From the human T2T-CHM13v2.0 reference genome, Homo sapiens: a stretch of DNA of 64,000 bases. Under the pieces are notes generated by a model, which saw nothing but the letters and a program-made list of their open reading frames with translations, was not told where the DNA came from and made no database searches. The position numbers and the translations under genes are program-made. Below are positions 17,040-29,972 of this stretch, piece by piece (position 1 is the stretch's first letter; every line of letters starts with the position of its first letter). The stretch lies in the NCBI RefSeq assembly GCF_009914755.1, contig NC_060927.1; one strand, written 5' to 3'.

Positions 17040-18130
17040 CATCTGCCCCATTGCCTCTCTGCGCACCGCAGAGAGGGGTGTGCGGGCCCGTGGGTCCCGC
17101 CTGCACGCTCTGCTGTTCCAGGCGCTCGACCTCTTTGCCCCCTAGGTCAACGAGGGGAATCCACTCTGCCATGGGGAAGTCGCTGCCCCGTAGGGTATAA
17201 GAACTTCCCCATAGTTCACCCCTTCCTCCCTGGCCGCCCAGTCTGGAAGGGGAGCTGGAGAAGGCGGCGGGGGGTGGGGGGAAGGCGGGGGGGAAGGCGG
17301 GGGGGTGGGGCGGGCTTCTCTGGTTTCTTACCCTCCTGGGGTCAGGTTTCCTCAGCTCCCTCCCTTAAGGAGGGGAAATCGAGGAAGAGGCCCATCTCCA
17401 TGGAAACTTTCTGGTAACAAGGCTGTGAAAGAGAAGGGGACAGGTGTTTCAGGAAGAAGGGAAGGCGCTGAGGATGGGCCTGGAGAGGAAGTGTCCCTGA
17501 AAGTGGTTTTGGGGCTGCCCGCGCCAGCGAAAAGCACGTGTCCCATTTCCTGCCGGAATGGCCAGAAAAGGTCTCCTCCCCGGCTCTGCCCCCTCTAGCT
17601 GAGTCCTGGACCTCTAGGGACTCCCACCTACACCCTTCCCATAAAGCCTGACCCAGCTGGGACGCAAAGGCTAGTGTCCCCCTCCCCGAGTCGGTAGGGG
17701 CTGGGGAGGGAGGTGGTATGGCCCGGAGCCCCAGGCCGAGGGCCCGGGCACCCGTGCATCCCCCCTTCTGCTCCCCATTCTCTCACAGGAGGGCCATGAA
17801 ACGCAACGCCCGGCTGAGGTGCCCCTTCCGGAAGGGCGCCTGCGAGATCACCCGGAAGACCCGGCGACAGTGCCAGGCCTGCCGCCTGCGCAAGTGCCTG
17901 GAGAGCGGCATGAAGAAGGAGAGTGAGCAGTGGGCGCGCGGGCGGGCCGGCGCCGGGGTGCACGGCTCTGAGTAAGGACGTGCCGTGGGTGTGTGCATGC
18001 TTGTGTGGAGATGCGCGCCGAGTGTGCGCGTGAACACACGTGCACATGTGAGCTGGTGTCCGTGTGCAACAGGCAGCCACCTGGGGGAGCGCTTGCAGTC
18101 GGCCCTCTGGGAGATGGAGGGAGTCGGTAA
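17040..18130. promoter_or_regulatory. Intragenic CpG-rich region spanning NR1I2 exon 3, with a G-run tract at 17260-17314
   Basis: Visible jump in GC and CpG density (e.g. GGGCGCGCGGGCGGGCCGGCGCCGGGG at 17932); GC boxes GGGGCGGG. Confidence 0.7.
17789..17922 (+). CDS. NR1I2: PXR exon 3 (second zinc finger)
   Basis: cacag|G; RAMKRNARLRCPFRKGACEITRKTRRQCQACRLRKCLESGMKKE; A|gtgag. Confidence 0.98.
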
Positions 18131-18769
18131 TCTCTGCCCTGGGATGTGTGCTGGGCAGCCCTGGACAGGGCGTGCCCTCTGTCTCCCCTCAGTTGCTCCT
18201 GCATCATTCTTTTTGTCCCCTTCATAATTGTTGTAATGGTTTGAAACCACATTTGCGGGTAGGAGTGTGAATCTGGGGGAGGGAAGCAGGAGCCACATGG
18301 GTGATAGGACCCGGGGCCTTCTAGGTGCTAGCCCCATCAGCTGCCCCAGACCTGGATCTTTATAGGGGAACTGTTTGCAGACAGGTGACATGAGGTGTTC
18401 TCATTCTACCTATTTAACTTTGATATATTTGTGCTCCTAGGTCACTATGAGATTAAGGCTCATGCGGAAAAGGCTAGGTGTTTCTGGTGCATATTTGTCT
18501 CCATGGAACACAAAGGGACCCAAAGCTGCTTCTTTCAAGGACAAGTTCTCTAGGCTGCTGGCAGGCATTTTTGATCTCTCCCCACCAAGGACCTCATAGC
18601 TTTGTTCTACACACATGAGTGGGCTCCAGAAATCCACAGAAGACCCTAAGGCTCTGGGCTATATAAGAAGTCTCTGGAGTTGCTATTTCTTGCTAAGCTG
18701 TAGCCCAGCTCTCTAGGGTCTTGGAGACCCAGACACCTCTGAAGAGTCTTGGTATATAATTCACCAGAA

Positions 18770-19020
18770 AATGATAATTGTAGATGCCATTTACTGAACA
18801 TCTCTTATGTACCAGGAACTATATTAGGCACCCTACATGCAAGGTCTCATTTAACAGCGGTGCGAGGTAAACACGGTTTCTCCGGATCACAAAGGAGAAA
18901 CCTGGAGACAGGAGAGGTTAAGGAGGTTGCTTGGGGTCACAGGTAGTAAGTGGCAAAGCTTTCATGCAAACCCAGCGCCTTTGGATTCTGAAGCCCGTGC
19001 TCTTGCCAGGGCCCCACAGT
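18770..19020 (-). mobile_element. MIR
   Basis: CATTTACTGAACATCTCTTATGTACCAGG...AGAGGTTAAGGAGGTTGC...GGTCACAGGTAGTAAGTGGCA. Confidence 0.7.
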
Positions 19021-19266
19021 GTCCTCACAAACTCCACTGCAGAGGGCAAAACACCAGCCTCACCTCATCTCTGTCCTCACCCAAGTGTTTCTCCAGAAGA
19101 GCCCACAGGCCTCTTGAGTCCAGACAGGGGAGAATTGCTTGTCACCATTACTTTCTCTTTTGCCTAACGGCTTCTGCTGCCTTGAGAGGGTTACACAGTG
19201 GCTCTCCAGGGGGCTGGAGGCTCACCAGGGGCACGTGTGCCTGAGCCAGCCTCACTGTCCCTGCAG

Positions 19267-19454
19267 TGATCATGTCCGACGAGGCCGTGGAGGAGAGGCG
19301 GGCCTTGATCAAGCGGAAGAAAAGTGAACGGACAGGGACTCAGCCACTGGGAGTGCAGGGGCTGACAGAGGAGCAGCGGATGATGATCAGGGAGCTGATG
19401 GACGCTCAGATGAAAACCTTTGACACTACCTTCTCCCATTTCAAGAATTTCCGG
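19267..19454 (+). CDS. NR1I2: PXR exon 4 (hinge, LBD helix 1)
   Basis: ctgcag|TG; MIMSDEAVEERRALIKRKKSERTGTQPLGVQGLTEEQRMMIRELMDAQMKTFDTTFSHFKNFR; CGG|gtagg. Confidence 0.98.
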
Positions 19455-19466
19455 GTAGGAGGAACT

Positions 19467-19582
19467 GCACAGTGACCCGAGGTGTCACTGCCATCTTCAT
19501 TCTCACATAGAAACTGAGGTTCCCCAAGGATAAGAAACTTATACAAGGTCACAGCTAATCAGTGGTGGAGGGTAGATTTGGA
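19467..19582. repeat. 116-bp direct repeat, copy 1 (MIR-like)
   Basis: Matches 21628-21743 at 111/116 positions with no gaps (manual alignment). Confidence 0.93.
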
Positions 19583-19619
19583 GAGCTGGTCCTGCATCTG
19601 TGCTAGCTCCTCAAAGCCT

Positions 19620-19780
19620 TAGTCTCATTCCCAAAGGTTCTGAAAGTGTGGTCCCTGGGTCAGCAGCATCAGCATGCAGATTTTCAGGTCACCTCAGATC
19701 TCCTGAATCTGAAGCTCCAGGGAGGGGCAGGACCCCCCAGTGATTCTGTTGCAGGTTCAGGTTTGAAAAATCACTGCTCT
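19620..19780. mobile_element. MER5A-like hAT DNA transposon relic
   Basis: TTCTGAAAGTGTGGTCCCTGGGTCAGCAGCATCAGCAT...GTTTGAAAAATCACTG. Confidence 0.6.
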
Positions 19781-20413
19781 CTCCTTTAAGGCAGGTAGGA
19801 ACTGGGTCTAAGCAATAAGTGGAGGGAAAGCTAGGCAGTTCCCCAGTGTTGCTGGCATTCGGGGCTTTATGAGGACAGGATCAGGACCTGTTGGGGGTGT
19901 GACTTTTGTGAACTGGTGTTTCTTGATCCCAGCACATTAACTATGTCTGTGCTCTAAGTGCCCTCCTTCCCCTTTGCACTGATAGATATCTCAAGTGGCC
20001 CTTCACAGCCCAAATAACTGGATTAGCCCAGTGACCTCAGATCTGCTCTTCCCATCCATAGCACCCTAAACCTTCTGAGTCTCCTGAGCCCAACATCTGG
20101 AATGCTTGGGATGACACACCATGGTTGCAGTCCCCCTTACCCTCCATTTTAACCAAGCAGGGATGTGTGTGACCATTAATTCATAGATCCCCAAAGCACC
20201 TTCATCTGATAGAGAACACCAGAGAGAAGAAACAAATGCTGTGTGTGTATATGTGTGAGGACACACGCATGCATGTGGGTGTGAATGCCTGCATTTGTGC
20301 ATCCTCTCGAGCTGCAACTGTGGCTGTGCATGTTTGGCTGGGGCCTGAGTTGGGACCTGTCTATGAAAGCACATGCTGTCTCTCCTCTGTCCACCTCCTG
20401 GCATGTGTCCTAG

Positions 20414-20688
20414 CTGCCAGGGGTGCTTAGCAGTGGCTGCGAGTTGCCAGAGTCTCTGCAGGCCCCATCGAGGGAAGAAGCTGCCAAGTGGAGCCAGGTC
20501 CGGAAAGATCTGTGCTCTTTGAAGGTCTCTCTGCAGCTGCGGGGGGAGGATGGCAGTGTCTGGAACTACAAACCCCCAGCCGACAGTGGCGGGAAAGAGA
20601 TCTTCTCCCTGCTGCCCCACATGGCTGACATGTCAACCTACATGTTCAAAGGCATCATCAGCTTTGCCAAAGTCATCTCCTACTTCAG
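20414..20688 (+). CDS. NR1I2: PXR exon 5 (LBD insert, helix 3); internal in-frame acceptors give exon starts at 20525 and 20537
   Basis: cctag|CTG; LPGVLSSGCELPESLQAPSREEAAKWSQVRKDLCSLKVSLQLRGEDGSVWNYKPPADSGGKEIFSLLPHMADMSTYMFKGIISFAKVISYFR; AG|gtagg. Confidence 0.98.
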
Positions 20689-21627
20689 GTAGGACATGGA
20701 GACTGGGTGGTTGGGTGTGGAAAAGAACTGGAAGTGGCCAGGAGGTTCAAAGGGCCTGGGGTAGATCCTGAATTTGGGGGATATTGGTGTCAGAAGACCC
20801 TCCTTTTCCTGTGCCCTTTCCCCGGGCAGCCAGTGCTGCTGGGGAGTAGAGCCCTTGCTGTATGGCTGGTTAGTTTTGTGGCTGTGGGCCTGCCAGTGTC
20901 TCTGCCTCTTCACCTGCTCAATGGAAGCTAAAAATGCCTCCCCTGCAGGGCTGTTCTGTGAAATAAGAACACATCCGAAGAACACCCAGCACAGAGTGGG
21001 CATTCAGATAGTCTTTTGTACTCTCCCTTAAAGGGGCAGGAATCACATGTTGACAGTTCCAGAGCAAGGAATGAGAGGAATAGAAAAGATAAGGCTGTGA
21101 AGGCCATGGGGAGGGCGGGTGGTCCTCAGAGCCCAAGGGTCAGGTCTCCCCAGAGCTAGATGTGGAGGCAACAACCATCGGGCAACTGGGGTTAGTGGGA
21201 GACATGGGAACTTCCTGGGGTGGCAGGAACCACAGCCCCAGAATATGTGTGCAGTCGTAGGATTAGGGATGGTGCCAGGTGTATCTGTCCTTGGGTAGGC
21301 CACCTTGCCTTGCCAAGCCTGGTCAAGTGGGGCTGAAACACACCTGCCACAAGCTCCTGGTTTCTTCAGCAGGTTGAGGGTAGGTTATACTCTAGGAGCC
21401 CAGAGGTTCTTCTCTGGCCCTGTAGGAGTCATGCGTGACTTATTTAATGGGGTGATGCTGACAGCAGGTTTGGAATGGGGTTCAGATGGTAGCAAATAAG
21501 CTTAAAGGGGCAGGGAGAGAAGAATACTTATACATGTGGACATTGGGAGATCTTTGGTGAAATCCAGTGACTGACAATTTAACACCAGGGCTTCCCACTT
21601 GCTATTTCTCAAGGCCACCAATGTCGA

Positions 21628-21743
21628 GCACAGTGACCTGAGGTGTCACTGCCATCTTCATTCTCAGATAGAAACTGAAGTTCCCCAAGGATAAGAAACT
21701 TGTACAAGGTCACAGCTAATCAGTGGTGGAGGCTAGATTTGGA
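21628..21743. repeat. 116-bp direct repeat, copy 2 (MIR-like)
   Basis: Matches 19467-19582; offset 2161 bp. Confidence 0.93.
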
Positions 21744-22706
21744 AGTACCAAAGCCAGCTCGATGCCAGGTCCTAAGCTGGGCAATGGGGAGGCACAGAAG
21801 AATAAGATCAATTACATGGCATTTGTAGCTCAGTGTTAGGGATCTAAAAGAAGGATGGGCGCCAGTAGCACAGGGTCTGAATTCCCAAGGCCAAGAGGTA
21901 GTGTTTCCTCAAAACCCAGAGTAAGCAGCCTCCCTCTCAGGCTGTGAAGCTTCCTCCTTGTAAGGAATGCCTCCTTACTGGGGAGGTGGGGGCCCCTCCC
22001 AGGTTGGGAGGGAGTGATCCCTGCAGGACCGGAAGGGTATCCATGTAACCATAATCTCAGAGGCTTGTTAAGCCGCCTCCATGGTTAGGCCTGTGCTTCA
22101 GCGCTAGGAGTGGGGCTTCAGGCATCTGGGCTGCAGCGAAACAGTAGAAATACATGTGTGCACATTAAACCCAACACCGACAGCAGGAAGCAAACATCCC
22201 CACTACTGGAACTCAGGCCAAAAGGGCGGCACTTTCACTCTGGAAAGGGGAGACTGCACTCTGGAAAGACTTCTGAGAGGGGCAAAGACATAGCATGGCC
22301 TGAGGGGCTAGCAGGATATACTAAAGGGGAAGTCATTCCAAGGGGGAAACTGAGGCAGAAAGGAGGAGGCCAGGGACCAGAAGCCAAAGCACTAGCTGTA
22401 GGTCAGGATTTGTATAGGAGCTGAAGGAGATGGGGCCAGCCTGTAAGGGACCTGGATGCCAAGCTCAGTGGGTGGAGTTCCCGGAGGTTGGAGGGGAGGA
22501 GAGGATGCTGCGGGGCAGAGCTGTCTGCTGGGTTGTGAGGGGAGAGATGAGAGGCAGCCAGACAGCAGCCACAGTCATCCTCAGGGAAAGGAGCCATCCT
22601 CCCTCTTCCTCTCACCCCCAACTTCTGGATTATGGGATGGCTGCTGGTGCCGGCCTGTGGGCTGCCTCCCAGGGAGCTGTCCTCCCCTCCCCATCCTTGC
22701 TGCCAG

Positions 22707-22849
22707 GGACTTGCCCATCGAGGACCAGATCTCCCTGCTGAAGGGGGCCGCTTTCGAGCTGTGTCAACTGAGATTCAACACAGTGTTCAACGCGGAGACT
22801 GGAACCTGGGAGTGTGGCCGGCTGTCCTACTGCTTGGAAGACACTGCAG
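22707..22849 (+). CDS. NR1I2: PXR exon 6
   Basis: gccag|G; DLPIEDQISLLKGAAFELCQLRFNTVFNAETGTWECGRLSYCLEDTA; G|gtgcc. Confidence 0.98.
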
Positions 22850-23050
22850 GTGCCCGAGAGAGCCTGCCTGCCCTGGCAGAGGGAGGGAAACACTGCAGTT
22901 ATGGGAGGAAGGGAGCTACGCCAGGATATGCAGGTTCTGGGATGGCAGGGCAGGAAGATGGAATGGTGGAAAACAAGATATTGGTGAGGGATGATTAGAT
23001 CTTGGTCAGCTTGCTGAGAAGCTGCCCCTCCATCCTGTTACCATCCACAG

Positions 23051-23167
23051 GTGGCTTCCAGCAACTTCTACTGGAGCCCATGCTGAAATTCCACTACATG
23101 CTGAAGAAGCTGCAGCTGCATGAGGAGGAGTATGTGCTGATGCAGGCCATCTCCCTCTTCTCCCCAG
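23051..23167 (+). CDS. NR1I2: PXR exon 7
   Basis: cacag|GT; GFQQLLLEPMLKFHYMLKKLQLHEEEYVLMQAISLFSP; G|gtgag. Confidence 0.98.
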
Positions 23168-23453
23168 GTGAGGATCTCCCCTAGGCTGCCTGACATCCCC
23201 CCCAGCCTTATCTGCCCTCCCCAGGGAAGGTCCCAGTCTATGGCCTTGCTCCTCATTCACTGCGCAGCCAGGATGGGGGCTCTCGCTGGTTTCTCCTGGG
23301 GTCAGTGGGTGATGCCCAGCCCTGGTCTTCCTTCACTTCCCTGCCTGGGTGACTCCAGCTCTGGAGGGTGGTTGGCGAGCAATGCCCTGACTCTGGGCTG
23401 GACTGAGCTTGTCTTTGCCCCATGATCTTGCACCACACCTCCCTCCCCTCCAG

Positions 23454-23559
23454 ACCGCCCAGGTGTGCTGCAGCACCGCGTGGTGGACCAGCTGCAGGAG
23501 CAATTCGCCATTACTCTGAAGTCCTACATTGAATGCAATCGGCCCCAGCCTGCTCATAG
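23454..23559 (+). CDS. NR1I2: PXR exon 8 (no matching ORF in the supplied track)
   Basis: ctccag|AC; DRPGVLQHRVVDQLQEQFAITLKSYIECNRPQPAHR; AG|gtgag; phases fit both neighbouring exons. Confidence 0.98.
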
Positions 23560-24266
23560 GTGAGCACAGCAGGGGGTGAGGACCCGTGAGGGTGATGTGA
23601 GGGAGCCGAGGTTCAGGGAAATTGCCCAAGACTTCATGGCCAGAGGGTGGCATCTGGAGGTAGCCCCAGCCAGACCAGGTCCAAAGCTCACACTTTTGAG
23701 CACTACCTAACCACTTCCCAGGAAAAACACAAGCAAACAGGGGGACGTGGCCCAGAAAGGGGCTTCTATACCTTCACTGGTCCTCAGTAGCTCCTGTGAC
23801 CTACTGCCCAGACTGATGCCCACAGACCCAGAGACAAACTTGGATTTTACGGAGCCCAAGGCCATGAAGGGTTAAGGCCAACACTGAGTATTATAGTGTG
23901 AACCTATAAACTGAAATCCTTATTTGGCCTGCACAGCTTTCTTTTTGGCTTGGTGTCCTGGGATGCTGGGAGTGGCCATGTCTTTATTTGCTCAACCCTT
24001 CCTTGTATGGAGGCAGGAGGCTGGAAGTGCCAACTTTCTTTTCCATCATGGGGATACTGAGGCATATGGTACATCTCAGACACTAGATCCAAAGCTAGTT
24101 CCAGGAAGGGATTCCAGCCTGCAGCCCCTAACCTCCACAACGACTCTGCTCAGTCCTGGCCCCTGGACATTAACGAAGGCAGTGACAGCCCCACACCCCC
24201 AAACTGGTAGCTGCAATATCTACATTTTCCCACGGAAGTCTCTGTGTACAAAGATGCAACTCCCGC

Positions 24267-24571
24267 AGCTGGGTGTCGTGGCTCACACCTATAATCCCAG
24301 CACTTTGAGAGGTCAAGACAGGAGGATCCCTTGGGGCCAGGAGTTCAAAACCAGCCTAGGCAACATAGCCAGACCCCAACTCTAGAAAAATTTTAAAAAA
24401 TTAGCCAGGTATGGTGGCATGTGCTCTAGTCCTAGCTACCCAGGAGGCTGAGGCTGGAGGTCTCTTGAGTCCAGGAGTTTGACACTGCAGTGAGTCCATG
24501 ATCGTGCCATCATGCTCTAGCCTGGGTGACAGAACGAGATCCTGTCCCTTTAAAGAAAAAAAAAAAAAAAA
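24267..24571 (+). mobile_element. AluJ-like
   Basis: Diverged dimer; degenerate TSD AAAGATGCAACTCCC / AAAGACACAGCTCCC. Confidence 0.9.
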
Positions 24572-24795
24572 GACACAGCTCCCATGAATGGGATGGGAGT
24601 GGGGAGAGTATTGGGCAGGCTGTTCTGCCTTTCTCATCTACAGGGTAAAAGAGAAGCTTACGGAATTCAGCCAAGCCTTGTCTCTTGGCTGACCTGAAAT
24701 GTCCAGAGATTATGCTTGTGCAGCCTCAGAGCAGCCCTGAGGCTTGTGGGTCAGGGCGGGCTGCACCCACAATCTTTTCTCTGGCTGGCATGCAG

Positions 24796-24940
24796 GTTCT
24801 TGTTCCTGAAGATCATGGCTATGCTCACCGAGCTCCGCAGCATCAATGCTCAGCACACCCAGCGGCTGCTGCGCATCCAGGACATACACCCCTTTGCTAC
24901 GCCCCTCATGCAGGAGTTGTTCGGCATCACAGGTAGCTGA
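24796..24940 (+). CDS. NR1I2: PXR exon 9 coding part (AF-2 helix, stop)
   Basis: tgcag|G; FLFLKIMAMLTELRSINAQHTQRLLRIQDIHPFATPLMQELFGITGS*; exon lengths 197+134+188+275+143+117+106+145 = 1305 nt = 434 aa + stop. Confidence 0.98.
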
Positions 24941-26214
24941 GCGGCTGCCCTTGGGTGACACCTCCGAGAGGCAGCCAGACCCAGAGCCCTCTGAGCCGCC
25001 ACTCCCGGGCCAAGACAGATGGACACTGCCAAGAGCCGACAATGCCCTGCTGGCCTGTCTCCCTAGGGAATTCCTGCTATGACAGCTGGCTAGCATTCCT
25101 CAGGAAGGACATGGGTGCCCCCCACCCCCAGTTCAGTCTGTAGGGAGTGAAGCCACAGACTCTTACGTGGAGAGTGCACTGACCTGTAGGTCAGGACCAT
25201 CAGAGAGGCAAGGTTGCCCTTTCCTTTTAAAAGGCCCTGTGGTCTGGGGAGAAATCCCTCAGATCCCACTAAAGTGTCAAGGTGTGGAAGGGACCAAGCG
25301 ACCAAGGATAGGCCATCTGGGGTCTATGCCCACATACCCACGTTTGTTCGCTTCCTGAGTCTTTTCATTGCTACCTCTAATAGTCCTGTCTCCCACTTCC
25401 CACTCGTTCCCCTCCTCTTCCGAGCTGCTTTGTGGGCTCCAGGCCTGTACTCATCGGCAGGTGCATGAGTATCTGTGGGAGTCCTCTAGAGAGATGAGAA
25501 GCCAGGAGGCCTGCACCAAATGTCAGAAGCTTGGCATGACCTCATTCCGGCCACATCATTCTGTGTCTCTGCATCCATTTGAACACATTATTAAGCACCG
25601 ATAATAGGTAGCCTGCTGTGGGGTATACAGCATTGACTCAGATATAGATCCTGAGCTCACAGAGTTTATAGTTAAAAAAACAAACAGAAACACAAACAAT
25701 TTGGATCAAAAGGAGAAATGATAAGTGACAAAAGCAGCACAAGGAATTTCCCTGTGTGGATGCTGAGCTGTGATGGCGGGCACTGGGTACCCAAGTGAAG
25801 GTTCCCGAGGACATGAGTCTGTAGGAGCAAGGGCACAAACTGCAGCTGTGAGTGCGTGTGTGTGATTTGGTGTAGGTAGGTCTGTTTGCCACTTGATGGG
25901 GCCTGGGTTTGTTCCTGGGGCTGGAATGCTGGGTATGCTCTGTGACAAGGCTACGCTGACAATCAGTTAAACACACCGGAGAAGAACCATTTACATGCAC
26001 CTTATATTTCTGTGTACACATCTATTCTCAAAGCTAAAGGGTATGAAAGTGCCTGCCTTGTTTATAGCCACTTGTGAGTAAAAATTTTTTTGCATTTTCA
26101 CAAATTATACTTTATATAAGGCATTCCACACCTAAGAACTAGTTTTGGGAAATGTAGCCCTGGGTTTAATGTCAAATCAAGGCAAAAGGAATTAAATAAT
26201 GTACTTTTGGCTAG
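24941..26214 (+). other. NR1I2: NR1I2 3'UTR (3' end approximate)
   Basis: Follows the stop; miR-148/152 8mer TGCACTGA at 25175-25182; ends shortly after ATTAAA. Confidence 0.8.
26191..26196 (+). terminator. NR1I2 polyadenylation signal ATTAAA
   Basis: ATTAAA with U-rich sequence upstream and U/GU-rich tracts downstream (26225-26265). Confidence 0.7.
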
Positions 26215-26439
26215 AGGGGTAAACTTTTTTGGCCTTTTTCTGGGGAAAATAATGTGGGGGTGTGGAAATAGAAACATACGCAAGCATACATATTTTTACT
26301 ACTTATTTTATTATTATCCTGTATAAATCTGAAGACTCCGGCGTAAGAACATAAAAATGAATTATTTAACTTGGCTTACTTATAAAATGATTGTTCTGTA
26401 TAAAAGTTTAACATATGTGCATACCATAATTAAAATGTA

Positions 26440-26755
<316 letters not shown>

Positions 26756-28079
26756 CTAATATTTCATTCAAATGAAACTTCACAGTAACTGAATTTTAAA
26801 GAACAGATAATTACTTAGCTTTTGACATTTTACAAGAAGCAGGCCAAACTTTGAGAACATGGTAAATCATCAGTAATATAAATCAAAGCAAGTAAACATA
26901 TTCTGTCATCCCTCTGACTTTACCAGATTTTTCTGCATTAAGGAGATATAGGGAGCACTTATTTTTAGAAAAGATACTGAGGGAAAAAAAGAGCTTCTCT
27001 TTCCAAACTCAATGAATGCAGCTTTTGCTCCCAGGAATTTTAATTATGAATCCATTTATAATTAGAAATACAAATTTCTAATTTGGAAAGATAGATTTCA
27101 CTCCAGTGTATTCATAAATCATATGCATCTCCCTTTCCTTACTGAAATGATTCGAGTGCTATTTGTTCAAGAGCCTGAAACTGTTGTAAGCTGTAGGACA
27201 GGGTAAGGTGAGGTTAAGATGGAATGGAGGGCAAATTTCCATCTCCCAGTCTTGATTTAAAAACTCCAGGGTAGTTCTCCAAACATTGAATTGATATGTA
27301 CATATAATTTATATAGATTATAAAAACTAAATGTATTTCAAGAGTGAAGAAAGATTCAATGTTAGATGCCCTGAAGAGTTCACATAGGGTACTTCCTTTC
27401 AGTAGGTCTGTGGATCACAAGTTTATGGGACTAGAAGCCAGATTTTAACCTTCCTACTCCAACATTTGAGTTTCTTCTTTACTCCCTTCCCTGAACTTTT
27501 GAGTAAACAGAACTAAGCATCAGTTTTTAGGCATCCTTGTGACCACTTTTTTTTTTTTTTTTTTTTTCTGGGTCAGTGAGGAGAGGATGGAGTCAGTCTC
27601 CAAAGCTCAGGGCAAAAGACCTAAGCAAGCTACTGCTACCATCTGCCCCCTCATTAGTCAGGGCCACTCAACAGCCTCTCTCTACCTAGCCCAGAACTTT
27701 GTCTAATTAAGTCTTGACATTGATGACAAATCTGTGGGAAGGGCCAGAGTGGCCACTCCCTTCTGGAGAAAGAGGATGTAAGGAGAAACATACGTATGAT
27801 TATCCATGGCTTCCCAGCTCCTGACTCCTAACTTGTGGGCCTCATTATGCCATCTTCCACGGCAGCTTGTTTTTTCCTGGTAGGTTTCCCTTTATGTCCT
27901 TCAGCTCTCCTAAATCTGATGGTGGTGATGAGTGAAATATTCCTACACTTGAGAAATGTGTGACCATCCCAACACTTCTGTTTACTTCCTTTCACAAACT
28001 TCTCAATGACAGGGATCTAAAAGCTAATCTCTCCTTTCCTCACTACCTTCCTAGAACACGTTTCTAAATGACATCTACC

Positions 28080-28767
<688 letters not shown>

Positions 28768-29064
28768 AGAAACTAAAAAGGCAGTCTTTCAGGATTCTAA
28801 ATTAAAAGGTCTTGCAGGACACTAACACAATATTTAACTCAATCCCAGAACCTATGCAAGACAGCAGCAAATCCCAAACAAATGCACTTCAGTGCCAGCA
28901 GGAGGCGCATCGCACAAGTAACTTCTGTTTCTGCTAATCCAATCCTCCCCTGCCGCCCCTACTGGTTAAATGTGTTTAACTGTTTTACCAATGTTGGAAT
29001 TAGCCAACCCCACCACCACAGTAAATAAATAAGAGGACCACACTTTATCGAATATAAATTTGTT

Positions 29065-29070
29065 TTTATT
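29065..29070 (-). terminator. GSK3B distal polyadenylation signal AATAAA
   Basis: TTTATT on +; downstream on - lies a U/GU-rich element (revcomp of CCCCACCACCACAGTAAATAAATAAG). Further candidate signals at 29710, 30242 and 33901. Confidence 0.7.
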
Positions 29071-29972
29071 GAAGCAGCAGTCACATGACCTTATATCTAG
29101 CCTTTAGATTAGGCCTGACAGAGTGAGCCAGCCCTAAAAAAATGATGTTTCTTTTTGCACTAAGAGACATAACATGTTTACATACATCATCCAGTATTGG
29201 AAATGAGCAGACTCAAACACAACATGTGTTGGTTACCTGGGAGGTACAGCCCCACTGTTCGTGGTGTCCATATATTTTACAGAGACCCCCAAAGACCATT
29301 ACTAATAGGATGAAAGTTAAAAGAAAATACAGCCACACCAAATCATGAACACAGTAATCAAAGACAGCAGCTTATACACATTTAAAAACTGTCCCTTTCA
29401 GAGTTGTTTTCTTTCTTTTCTAAGCAGTGTCTGCAAAGCTTCCTCTACATCAAATCCAAAGGTTTCCAAGGTGGAAGCTGCACCTCTTGGGGCTACACAA
29501 TGGAATAAAATCATTGGAAAGAACAAGAAGTGGTATTGATATCTTGTTCTGTATAACAAAGATTAATGTTTCCCTAATTAGAGGAATGGAAATGGTGATG
29601 TGACTACATATTGCAGCGGCAAAATAGTAGGGTGAAGGAAGAGGGTTGGGTACTGAAATAAAGACCACACACTTGTGAATTTTAATTTCATTTCCAGGCT
29701 AACCTACTTTTTATTTAATGCAAATTACAGTACCAGTTAACTATTTCCAAACCAAGTCACATAGAACAAAATGTATTTACAAGGGAATGGGGAAAGGGAA
29801 AAAAAACATTGAGCATACTTTTCACAAAAAAGTTTATATTTAAAATGAAAAAAAAAAATCAGTCACAGAGGCATTCAAGTAGTAATAATGTTATACAGAT
29901 TTTGCTTTTCCTTTATATCAAGACAGATTTGCACAAGTGTTTGCAATAGTTTGTATACAACCCACAGTCCTT

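Noticed and set aside
16600-18391. Many overlapping 100-200 aa ORFs, including a 202-aa antisense ORF over exon 3
   Set aside because: Expected from stop-codon scarcity in GC-rich DNA; apart from the true exon 3 frame there is no recognisable protein
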